Of a stretch of 64,000 nt of DNA, positions 29,801-41,800 are shown piece after piece. Both the position numbers and the translations under genes were made by a program. Under the pieces are notes generated by a model. That model searched no databases, was not told where the DNA came from, and saw nothing but the letters and a program-made list of their open reading frames with translations. The stretch is from Pecten maximus (lineage: Eukaryota): the NCBI RefSeq assembly GCF_902652985.1, contig NC_047027.1:37138001-37202000 (forward strand), read 5' to 3'. Position 1 is the first letter of the stretch. Every line of letters starts with the position of its first letter.

Positions 29801-32800
29801 GTGGGCGTAGACTAGCGGACAGGGCACGCTCCCTTGCCTCCTCCAGTGTAATTAGTTTAGTCGGTGTAGATATTGCTAGTGACTTTGGACGAGGTTTCCT
29901 CTGGGCACCTACAACACAATGGCATCAGTTTAAGACAAAGACAAAAAACAAACTTTTACATGAGGGAGTACTAAGAACATTTTACACACTTTTATACAAG
30001 GTACAACAATGTACATGTACTTGGTTCAAATTATTTGTTTTTCATATCTGTCGGGACTGGAATCGATCAATGTCAGAAATCTGGCTCTCCAAATATGCGA
30101 AAATAATGAACTCATTCCTGGGTTGCTATTCAAATAGTTATTGTAGAAACAACCAGATCTGATTCTTTTATGTTGCACATGGATCGGAATTTTTTTTGCA
30201 CAAGCTGTGTAATTCAACAAGATTAACAAAGTCTTGTCTAGCTTTCCTCTGTAATTTACAGTTGATATAATATTTGATGAATCAGCTAAATATCTGTGTT
30301 TAAACTCTTCAGATGCTAAATAAATCCCTAAATCTAGGTTTTAATGATGTAATCAGTAATCTTGATATTTTTCATTTCCAGCCAAAAATGATCCTTCTAT
30401 ATGCTGTACCAAAGGTATACTCACTTTTGAGTTCGGGTGATGAGTAAGATGGCATCTTATCACTGAAGATAAGATCAGCATAGAGTATCAGACACTCTGT
30501 GACCACAGCTTGTATCCCCACCCCCTGGAGAGCTGCAGCTCCACCCCCAGTCTCCAGCTCTTTCGACCGGAGAAGATTTGGTGCCCACACAATGGCCAGG
30601 TTCTTGGAATGCATACCGGTGTCAGGGCCATAGGCAGCCACTTTGGCTAGATGTCGCATGAGGTATTCTAAAGTTCTGGAAAATGAAATGTGTATACAAA
30701 TACAGTGAAAAATTTTCCAAACTGACATTCAATAGGATGGGAAATGCTGTGTAATCTGACATCAAGTGTCATTAAAACCTGTCTAATATGAAACCTTGAT
30801 AGATTGTAAGAGAAACCCTCCAATTAGACACCCTTTTGGATCTGTATTATATACTATTGTATGGGATCTGAATTGAATCCTATCTGAAACAAATTTAGCA
30901 GATCTGTACTTTCTAATGAGGGGGAAGCAACCTGTCCTACCTGTAATGAGGGGGAGGTAACTCATAATACTAATGAGGGGGGATAACTCATCATACCTGT
31001 AATGAGGGGGAGGTAACTCATAATACTAATGAGGGGGGATAACTCATCATACCTGTAATGAGGGGGAGGTAACTGCTGCACAACATCGTGAATCTTCCAC
31101 AGTTTATTGTCTTCATCTCGCACTGCATCCTGTCAACAATTCAAATAGATATCCGTGGATATATTTATAAGTCCAAATCACACAATTTAAAAATTCAAAA
31201 AGAAGCAATTGTAGAAGATATCCTATTAGGCTTTTACTTATGGGAACAGTTGTTTAAACTATCTTACATCAAAGAATTTTTCTGATTCAAAAATGAAAAG
31301 ATATGGCAACCCTATTTTGGGATGTGTGTCTCCTAATATGCAAATCAAATCATTCTGTAAGACAATCATACATACAGCAAATTTGTTGTAAAGTTGATAG
31401 GTAAGGAGAGGGTTGGGAAGCTCACGGAAGTACATCTTAAGTAAGGAGCTGATACTGTGGATGTCCTGTAGATAAACGTCGGTCGTCAGATCTGGAACGC
31501 GGTCTTCATCGAAGGCCAATCTAACCACAATAAAGAATTGTAACCAACATTGGCCGAACAACAACAAATATAATCCAAAATCTGGAAATATAGTACACAA
31601 CAAAGGTCGTCCATGTGTTGACGATATAATATTGGGACCGATATCTATCAGGGGTATATGCTATAAGTTCGAGATTTTGTGTGTACATGTACAACAAGGG
31701 CAGATAACTCATACACGTAACGCAAGGTAAATATCCCTATAGATTTGCACAGGGCTGTATTGCTTTTATTTCATTTCTCTTTTTATTTACAACTCTCTAA
31801 ATATCATATTAAGCAAGATATTAAAACCTACAAAGAAGGGAGATTACTCCTGTGACAACTGAAGATACCAGGTTACTGGCTGAACTCACCGGAGTTTCTG
31901 TATATTGGAGGTGATCCCTGACAGCCTGTAGATGCCATCCACAATGCCATGTTCCTCTATTACTTCTGAACAACACTTTAACACCAGGGGTACTGTAACA
32001 GAATATCACAGCGATTCTATGGATCTCTATACAGTAAAACATGTTTAGTATGAACACGTTTATAGCGATTTTATAGATATTGCGAACTGATCCCGATTCC
32101 CCAGCTATTCTCCCTCTTACTTCTATGTAATTCTGTAATTATATTGCGAATTTCACATAGCAAAATATTGTCTATAACGAACCAATTTAGCGGTCCCGTC
32201 GGCTGAAGTACGGCTATTCAATCGGTGAGTTATATTTTCGATGACTTCTGAATAAAGTGAGTTGTTTTGTCGATGTTTATGTCAAGTTGTTAATCCATTC
32301 TTCGAAGTCTAATTAGTGTGTACACAGTACAATGGCTTTATCATCAAGCGATTGAGAGCTAGTGAAAACGAGACTTCCGGGGTAAAGGTCACTGCGACCG
32401 ATTTTGTCAGTATTGATGCAGATGTTGTAAAAGACATTAAGAACGTGTTGGACAGTGAAGACGAGGAGAAAATAGAGACAGGGGACTAACAATCCGTAAT
32501 CAGTGGCGCTACGGCGAGTGATTATTTACACGAGATAAGCCATTTTCTGGAGTCCCAAAATGATATGTCAGATGTTTTTAGTACTTTGTACACACTTGCC
32601 TCACACAAAAAGTTTCGGCAGAAAATTATAACGGACTTAAAATAATTGAATCGCTTTTAATTTCTACTTGCTTGTAATTTTATTTTAATATTTTCATACA
32701 GCGAAGTTTTTAGGAAAAAACAATAAAATTTGTAATACACGTAATACGAACTATCAATATAACGAACTGATTCAGTTGGTCCCCTGGGATTCGTTATAAC

Positions 32801-35800
32801 CGTGTTTTACTGTAGCAATGTCAACAACTAAAATGGTTTTTTGTTCAGGACAAAAAAGGAAAACATGATCTGGTTGCCTGAGGCCATTAGATTTGGTGTG
32901 TGTGGACAAGTATACATTGGTGACTACTTGAATTTTCTTTACCAGTATATCATATTTATTAAATAATTCTACGATACAAACTGACACCTTAACAAACAGG
33001 AGAGTTTGAAAATCGAAAAAGAATGCCAAAAACGGTGATTTCAAGGTTATAAGTTCATTTTTAAAGTCTTTCAACAAAGACCTAGGATAAAAGAAAAGGT
33101 TTTTCTAGTTTGTATGAATATTGTAATCAATTTGATGAATTGAAACTGTTGATTCTGCACAAACTGATATCCTTATCATACAAATAAACCATTGTCCACA
33201 AATAAGCCCCTGGCTACAAACAAGCCCCTGTCCACAAGTAAGCCCTTGTCCACAAATAAGTCCCTGCCAACAAATAAGCCCCTGTCCACAAATAAATCCC
33301 TGTCCCCAAATAAGTCCCTGCCAACAAATAAGCCCCTGTCCACAAACAAGCCCCTGGCTACAAACAAGCCCCTGTCCACAAATAAACCCCTGTCCCCAAA
33401 TAAACCCCTGTCCCCAAATAAACCCCTGTCCCCAAATAAGTCCCTGCCAACAAATAAGCCCCTGTCCACAAATAAACCAATGTCCACAAATAAGCCCCTG
33501 TCCACAAATAAGCCCTTGTCCACAAACTAGCCCCTGCCCACAAATAAGCCCTTGTCCACAAACTAGCCCTGCCCACAAATAAGCCCTTGTCAACAAATAA
33601 GCCTTCCCCAACTCTAATACTTAAGTTTGACACTAGGGGAAGGGGCTTATTTGAGTATATAATATACAGCACCGTATTGTCGCACTCACCATCTGTTGTA
33701 TTTTCTTGGCCAGTGTTGAGTAAATGCTCTCCAAGATCACATCCAAACACGCGCTCCTTAACAATTCCCGACTGTTTGAGTTGGTTGCGAGCTGGACGGG
33801 TCGTGAAGAACATCCGAAGAAAAGACAGGAACTTCCCATGCTTCCGAACCACTACCATATCAACCACAAACATTACAGTATCTCATAGAAAAAAATCAGT
33901 TTATAACAATATATATCAAAATTGTTTGTGTCTGTCTGTGAACATATGACTAATGTCTCATAATTTATCTTGAAAAGAATTAAGAAAATCTTATTTAGAA
34001 AATTTAAACAGATACAATCATGAACTCATGTATAATTCAACAATGGAAGATCTTTGGGCAAAACTGAGAAGACCAATTTAATTTAGAAAGATTCTATGGT
34101 TTACAATAGAAAACTGTCTGAATTATATATAATTTACATATTTAATATACATCAGTATACAAGTAATAGACATACCAACCCACACACATGCAATGAAATC
34201 TAATCGGAACACAGAAAATCTGATAATCTTAGAATCTAAATGATTCCCAAGAGATTCAGGAAATGTTAACATTACATTGAAAGTTAATTAAAGTGTCTGG
34301 ACTCAAATCTGTTTTTCATTCACAATCGTGTGATAAATCTGTAACACACACAAGACATTAACTAACACAACCCTGGTACACAGTTAAGGAAACATGCTGA
34401 TTAACGGTAAAATAATGTCAAAAAGGTGTTGAACCTTTTGTTAAATATATACTGTATCAAACACAGGGGTAAAACAGTAATACACATTTGTTATGTAGGT
34501 GGGTAAACAGTTATACACACATGTGTTATGTAGGTGGGTAAACAGTTATACACATGTGTTATGTAGGTGGGTAAACAGTTATACACATGTGTTATGTAGG
34601 TGGGTAAACAGTTATACACATGTGTTATGTAGGTGGGTAAAACAGTTATACACATGTGTTATGTAGGTGGGTAAAACAGTTATACACACATGTGTTATGT
34701 AGGTGGGTAAACAGTTATACACATGTGTTATGTAGGTGGGTAAACAGTTATACACATGTGTTATGTAGGTAGGTAAAACAGTTATACACACATGTGTTAT
34801 GTAGGTGGGTAAAACAGTAATACACATGTGTTATGTAGGTGGGTAAACAGTTATACACACATGTGTTATGTAGGTGGGTAAACAGTTATACACATGTGTT
34901 ATGTAGGTGGGTAAACAGTTATACACACATATGTTATGTAGGTGGGTAAAACAGTTATACACACATGTGTTATGTAGGTGGGTAAAACAGTAATACACAT
35001 GTGTTATGTAGGTGGGTAAACAGTTATACACACATGTGTTATGTAGGTGGGTAAACAGTTATACACATGTGTTATGTAGGTGGGTAAACAGTTATACACA
35101 CATGTGTTATGTAGGTGGGTAAAACAGTTATACACACATGTGTTATGTAGGTGGGTAAACAGTTATACACATGTGTTATGTAGGTGGGTAAAACAGTTAT
35201 ACACATGTGTTATGTAGGTGGGTAAAACAGTTATACACACATATGTTATGTAGGTGGGTAAACAGTTATACACATGTGTTATGTAGGTGGGTAAACAGTT
35301 ATACACACATATGTTATGTAGGTGGGTGAACAGTTATACACACGTGTGTTATGTAGGTGGGTAAAACAGTTATACACACGTGTGTTATGTAGGTGGGTAA
35401 ACAGTTATACACATGTGTGTGTTATGTAGGTGGGTAAACAGTTATACACATGTGTGTTATGTAGGTGGGTAAACAGTTATACACACATATGTTATGTAGG
35501 TGGGTACACATATTTAGTACAGTAAACCAATGTTAGATGACTACTAACTGTTCATTCCTAAAACACAGTTGAACACAACTTTATATCAACCACAATTTGT
35601 TCTTTGGTAATAAGCCATTTCACATATAAAGTCAAACATTGAAAAGAGTTTGCCTTCTGTCAGCCTCCTCCCCCTCCCCTGTCAGCCTCCTCCCCCTCCC
35701 CTGTCAGCCTCCTCCCCCTCCTCTCTGTCAGCCTCCTTCCCCTCCCCTGCCAGCCTCCTTCCCCTCCCCTGTCAGCCTCCACACCCTCCCCTGTCAGCCT

Positions 35801-38800
35801 CCTCCCCCTCCCCTGTCAGCCTCCTCCCCCTCCCTTTGTCAGCCTCCTCTCCCTCCCTTTGTCAGCCTCCTCCCCTTCCTTTTGTCAGCCTCCTCCCCCT
35901 CCCTTTGTCAGCCTCCTCCCCCTCCCTTTGTCAGCCTCCTCCCCCTCCCTTTGTCAGCCTCCTCCCCCTCCCTTTGTCAGCCTCCTCCCCCTTCCTTTTG
36001 TCAGCCTCCTTCCCCTTCCTTTTGTCAGCCTCCTCCCCCTCCCCTGTCAGCCTCCTCACCCTCACTTTCTCAGCCTCCTCCCCCTTCCTTTTGTCAGCCT
36101 CCTCCCCCTTCCTTTTGTCAGCCTCCTTCCCCTCCCCTGTCACCCTCCACACCCTCCCCGGTCAGCCTATTCCCCCTCCTCTCTGTCAGTCTCCACACCC
36201 TCCCCGGTCAGCCTATTCCCCCTCCTCTCTGTCAGTCTCCTCCCCCTCCCTTTGTTAGCCTCCTCCCCCTCCCTCTGTCAGCCTCATCCCCACCCCCCTG
36301 TCAGCCTCCTCACCCTCCCCTGTCAGCCTCCTTTTTTATAATAGTGTTTGACTGTGAGTGTTAGATACACACACATGCACTTACATGGTTTCTTACTTGC
36401 GTTAGGATCTGGTATTCGACTCTCAACTGATGCAGGAACTTTGTCTCCGATCACCTCCACGCACTCGCTCGGGAAAAACCCAACCTGTATTGAAAATAAA
36501 ACAATACTGTGGAAAACTGGAAACAAAAGAAAATTAACAAACGTCTAATTACAAGTCCTAATTTTTACATGTGAAAATCAACATGTTTCTTCCCTTACTA
36601 CCGAGTAATTTTTCATGATTTTTCTGACAATATTGCTATATTTATACATTGAAATGCTGACAATCCAACCTTATTTAGTCCTAAGTAATGTCCTACATGT
36701 GACAGACATGAGCAAACGGAACTTTTCTTTACATAGATCAATATTAAAGCTGATGAATGGTCCATCAATATCCACCTGCTGATGATAGTAACATCATAAA
36801 AGGAAAATAAGAATTTCACTTTTTTCAAATGTTTCATTGTTAGGGCTGTTCCTGGAAAACATATGGGACAGGGGGGAGGCATTTTGAAATTAGGGGACCT
36901 ACCTATAGGAGCGATTTAAAATTTTGATGAGCCTCCCACATATTTGTTTTTTTGTAAACATAGAAGCAATTTTAATGTAAAAATGGTACAAACACATCAC
37001 GTACACCCAACAACAGAAGAAATTTATTTCAAACACCACCAACCTATAGATGTGATTTTAATTTGAATTTTAATTTATAAAAGTGCCTTTCCATCCCCCC
37101 TCCTCTTTTCCTGGAACTGCCCTTAGCATTTCATTTCCTTTTCATGTCCTTTGCCAAGAATTCTTTTCACTTTGTAATAATGATAATAATTAGTCCTAAG
37201 ACATATTACCACTTTATATTTGAAAATTAAATTGACATAAATTTCTCAACTCTTCTCCAATGTTACCTCAAAACCTCTCTTGCCTCGCCACCAAATCGTC
37301 TCCTCCTGTTGGGGCATATCTATCACAGATACAATGTCTCCGACCTGTAAGAAACAGAGCAGCAAACCATTGTTCACGATTAACAGTAGATCTACAGAAA
37401 ATATTTAAACAGACACTTTCATTTTCCATCTACAAGTCAATATATTAAGGTTCTTTATTTTTTTTTTTTTTTTGTTAAATAGAAGAAAATTCAATAAATA
37501 TTTTGCTGTAAAAATATTTTTTATTGTTGATATTAAAACAGCTTTCTGTTCGCATCTTAGCTTGATTTTTAAGATAAAGTCAGAAATTTTATGAGATCAA
37601 GCTTACAGTTCTTGGATCAAATAAATCTTTCGAGGGCTATACCATGAATTCAGCAACAAACATGATAGCCGTTGTTATTTTAAGCCTATTGTATAAACGT
37701 TAATATTACGTTGTTATTTTCAGCCTATTGTATAAAATGTCATTACTTCTAGAGATATTTCGTCTGGGGCCTGGGCCGTATAGCGTTTGATTGCGTGAGC
37801 AGCAGCTATTGCGGGTGTGTTGATCCCTGAGTCATCCGTCGCCAGCAAGCGGTTGCCTCGATTGTCCAGCTGGAAAGAGATATAACACATCTGGAAAATG
37901 TCTAAATGACAATTAATCTCTAGCTTCTATGCAAAATAGAATTAACGATTGACAAAGGTACGGTATCTATGAGTTGTTAAAGTGACCTTGACCTTAACAC
38001 TGTAGTGTACTGGAGTTAAAACAGTAATGAACTGGAGTTAACACAGTAATGAACTGGAGTTAACACAGTAATGAACTGGAGTTAACACAGTAATGAACTG
38101 GAGTTAACACTGTAATGTACTGGAGTTAACACTGTAGTGTACTGGAGTTAACACAGTAATGAACTGGAGTTAACACCGCAGTATACTGAAGTTAACACTG
38201 TAATGAACTGGAGTTAACACAGGAATGAACTGGAGTTAACACAGTAATGAACTGGAGTTAACACTGTAATATACTGGAGTTAACTCTGTAGTGCACTTGA
38301 TCATGATAGTAACTGTGTTAACTCTAGTGTACTACTGTGTTAACTCCAATTCACCAGTGTTAACTTCAATACACTGCGGTGTTAACTCCAGTTCATTACT
38401 GTGTTAACTTCAGTTCATTACTGTGTTAACTCCAGTTCATTACAGTGTTAACTTCAGTATACTGCGGTGTTAACTTCAGTTCATTACTGTGTTAACTTCA
38501 GTTCATTACCGTGTTAACTGCAGTACACAACAGAGTGAACGCCTTGTATGATTTATAATATGAGACAGACAGACCTGCTACATTCAAGGAAACAAACTTA
38601 CTACAAAGCCTTATTGTAGATTTCATTTTAGTTCTGAGTCATGTTCAAATGTTCATGATCAAACTCACTTCAAACAAGTTGAATACCGAGCCACAATCAG
38701 ACTCACCTCAAAACAGCTGAGTACCGAGCCACAGTCAATCAAACTCACCTCAAACCAGTTGAGTACCGAGCCACAGTCAATCAAACTCACCTCAAACCAG

Positions 38801-41800
38801 TTGAGTACTGAGCCACAATCAAACTCGCCTCAAACCAGTTGAGTACCGAGCCACAATCAATCAAACTCACCTCAAACCAGTTGAGTACCGAGCCACAATC
38901 AAACTCGCCTCAAACCAGTTGAGTACCGAGCCACAATCAAACTCACCTCAAACCAGTTGAGTACCGAGCCACAGTCAATCAAACTCACCTCAAACCAGTT
39001 GAGTACCGAGCCAGTCAATCAAACTCACCTCAAACCAGTTGAGTACCGAGCCACAATCAAACTCACCTCAAACCAGTTGAGTACCGAGCCACAGTTAATC
39101 AAACTCACCTCAAACCAGTTTAGTACCGAGCCACAATCAAACTCGCCTCAAACCAGTTGAGTACCGAGCCACAGTCAAACTCGCCTCAAACCAGTTGAGT
39201 ACCGAGCCACAGTCAATCAAACTCACCTCAAACAAGTTGAGTACCGAGCCACAATCAAACTCACCTCAAACCAGTTGAGTACCGAGCCACAATCAAACTC
39301 ACCTCAAACCAGTTGAGTACCGAGCCACAGTTAATCAAACTCACCTCAAACGAGTTGAGTACCGAGCCACAGTTAATCAAACTCACCTCAAACCAGTTGA
39401 GTACTGAGCCAGTCAATCAAACTCACCTCAAACCAGTTGAGTACCGAGCCAGTCAATCAAACTCACCTCAAACCAGTTGAGTACCGAGCCAGTCAATCAA
39501 ACTCACCTCAAACCAGTTGAGTACCGAGCCACAGTCAATCAAACTCACCTCAAACGAGTTGAGTACCGAGCCACAGTTAATCAAACTCACCTCAAACCAG
39601 TTGAGTACTGAGCCAGTCAATCAAACTCACCTCAAACCAGTTGAGTACTGAGCCACAATCAAACTCACCTCAAACCAGCTGAGTACCGAGCCACAGTCAA
39701 TCAAACTCACCTCAAACCAGTTGAGTACCGAGCCAGTCAATCAAACTCACCTCAAACCAGTTGAGTACCGAGCCACAGTCAATCAAACTCACCTCAAACC
39801 AGTTGAGTACCGAGCCACAGTTAATCAAACTCACCTCAAACCAGCTGAGTACCGAGCCACAGTCAATCAAACTCACCTCAAACCAGTTGAGTACCGAGCC
39901 ACAGTTAATCATGCTGCCAGCGATGCGAGAAAATCTCTGTAAATATTGGGACAACATCTCCTCCATCTCCTGCAACACAAAAGGAATCAGGTCCAAGGGG
40001 TCACCACAGTTTAAACAATAGAGGTCAGAGGTCAACGCTTAGTGATAAGAAGTCAGCAGACACAGTTTAAGGTTAAAAGGCGAGGGATTTTTTTTACTTT
40101 TTCTTCTACATTTATGACATATCTTCAAAATTGGATCCACAAGCCACAATACTCAATTTTCTTACACTCTTTTCGTGTTAAGAAAGAAATCTTCAACGTT
40201 TTCAGACTAAAACTGGGCTTCATTATGACCTAGTTTTAGATATTATGATATTGACATTGTTAAATGGATAACAGATGAAGGGTACTGAGCTACTGGAGAG
40301 AGAACTGGGTTACTAGGTAGGGTGTTGGAGAATATTATGGGCTATTAATTTGATAATGTACTCTGTCATAAGGGTATTGAGTTATTAGGAAGAATAGTGG
40401 ATGACATTATTAGATGGAATCTCCCATACAGAGATATTTGGTTACGGACCTTATATGTTTTATTAGTGTCCTCTTCTTGGTTGAGATTTGGGAGACGACT
40501 GAACTTCCTGTCATAGATACAGCGGTGTAACTGTCTGTCCAGCATCTTAAAGTTTTTAAATGTTCTCCGTATAGTCCAGGACTTATCATTGGCCAGAGTC
40601 TTGACGAGAAATGTTCGTTCCATAACATCTGTTTCTCCATGGTGATGGTTCTCCTGGTCCTCGTCACACAGCGACACCTGGTGGACCGATTATCAACATA
40701 TTTCAGAAAAGTGATAATTTCCTCACTGATCTTTTTCCTTAATTCCAAATTGAACAAGTTGATATTCTCAAGTAAAAGAAAAAGACTTCAGCTTTGAACT
40801 AACATGTATGAGAATCAGCTTTGAACTAACATGTATGAGAATCAGATTTGAACTAACATGTATGAGAATCAGATTTGAACTACAGGGATCACCATGGCTT
40901 CAGATTTTACTATGGAGGAACCTGCGGGGACATTTTCCCAGCGCGCCGCAAGACCAATATTAATTAATTAAAGGGAGATAATTTGTTTACATGAGTTATG
41001 TCCCTTTTCATTTTTAGGGAGATGATTTATTGTACAGTAGTTATATCCCCTTAGAAATTGTTTTCAGAAATAATGATAAACTATTTTAATCATGGTAATA
41101 TAATTTATTTATTCAATATGTAAGAAAAATAAATACAGCATTTACCAATGTCTGACTCATCCATATTTGTACATCCTTAAATTAATACACTGCTCGTTCT
41201 TCATTCTCTTTACCAACTCAGACTTTCTCAAACTCATGGTCTCTCTCTATCTCTCTTTAAGATTACCAATTAAATGTTACTGATACACTTCCAAAGCTCA
41301 AGTTTCTTAAAATAATAAGCATTATGATATCACACTAAACACAATAACGATATGTAATGTCACAGCACTAATATAATATGATTTCCAATGTCACAATTGT
41401 CAGTCATTTTCACACACAAATTGTCCATTTTCTTACAGCCCAACTTCACACTTCATTGTCCTCAGGATCAAACAATGTGGCGATGGTGATATTTCTTTTT
41501 CTGATCTGTGTCCATAGATCTGCTGTCCTGTTTACAAAACATGCCTACAAATCAAATGAAACATTCAAAGTTAATAAAAATAATTTAATGAAATGTTTAA
41601 ACATGAAACTTTCACTCTAGGTAAATACTTGGACCTAATCACTGAAAATATTGAAAAAGAATTAATTTTAATTTTTGGTTTTGTGATTAGACAAAGTCAG
41701 TATATATTTAGTCACTAATGTGAAATTTGGAAATAATACATTTTTTTATCAAATATCAACTATTAAGTTTGCTTACATTAAATATGTATAGGCCTATAAA

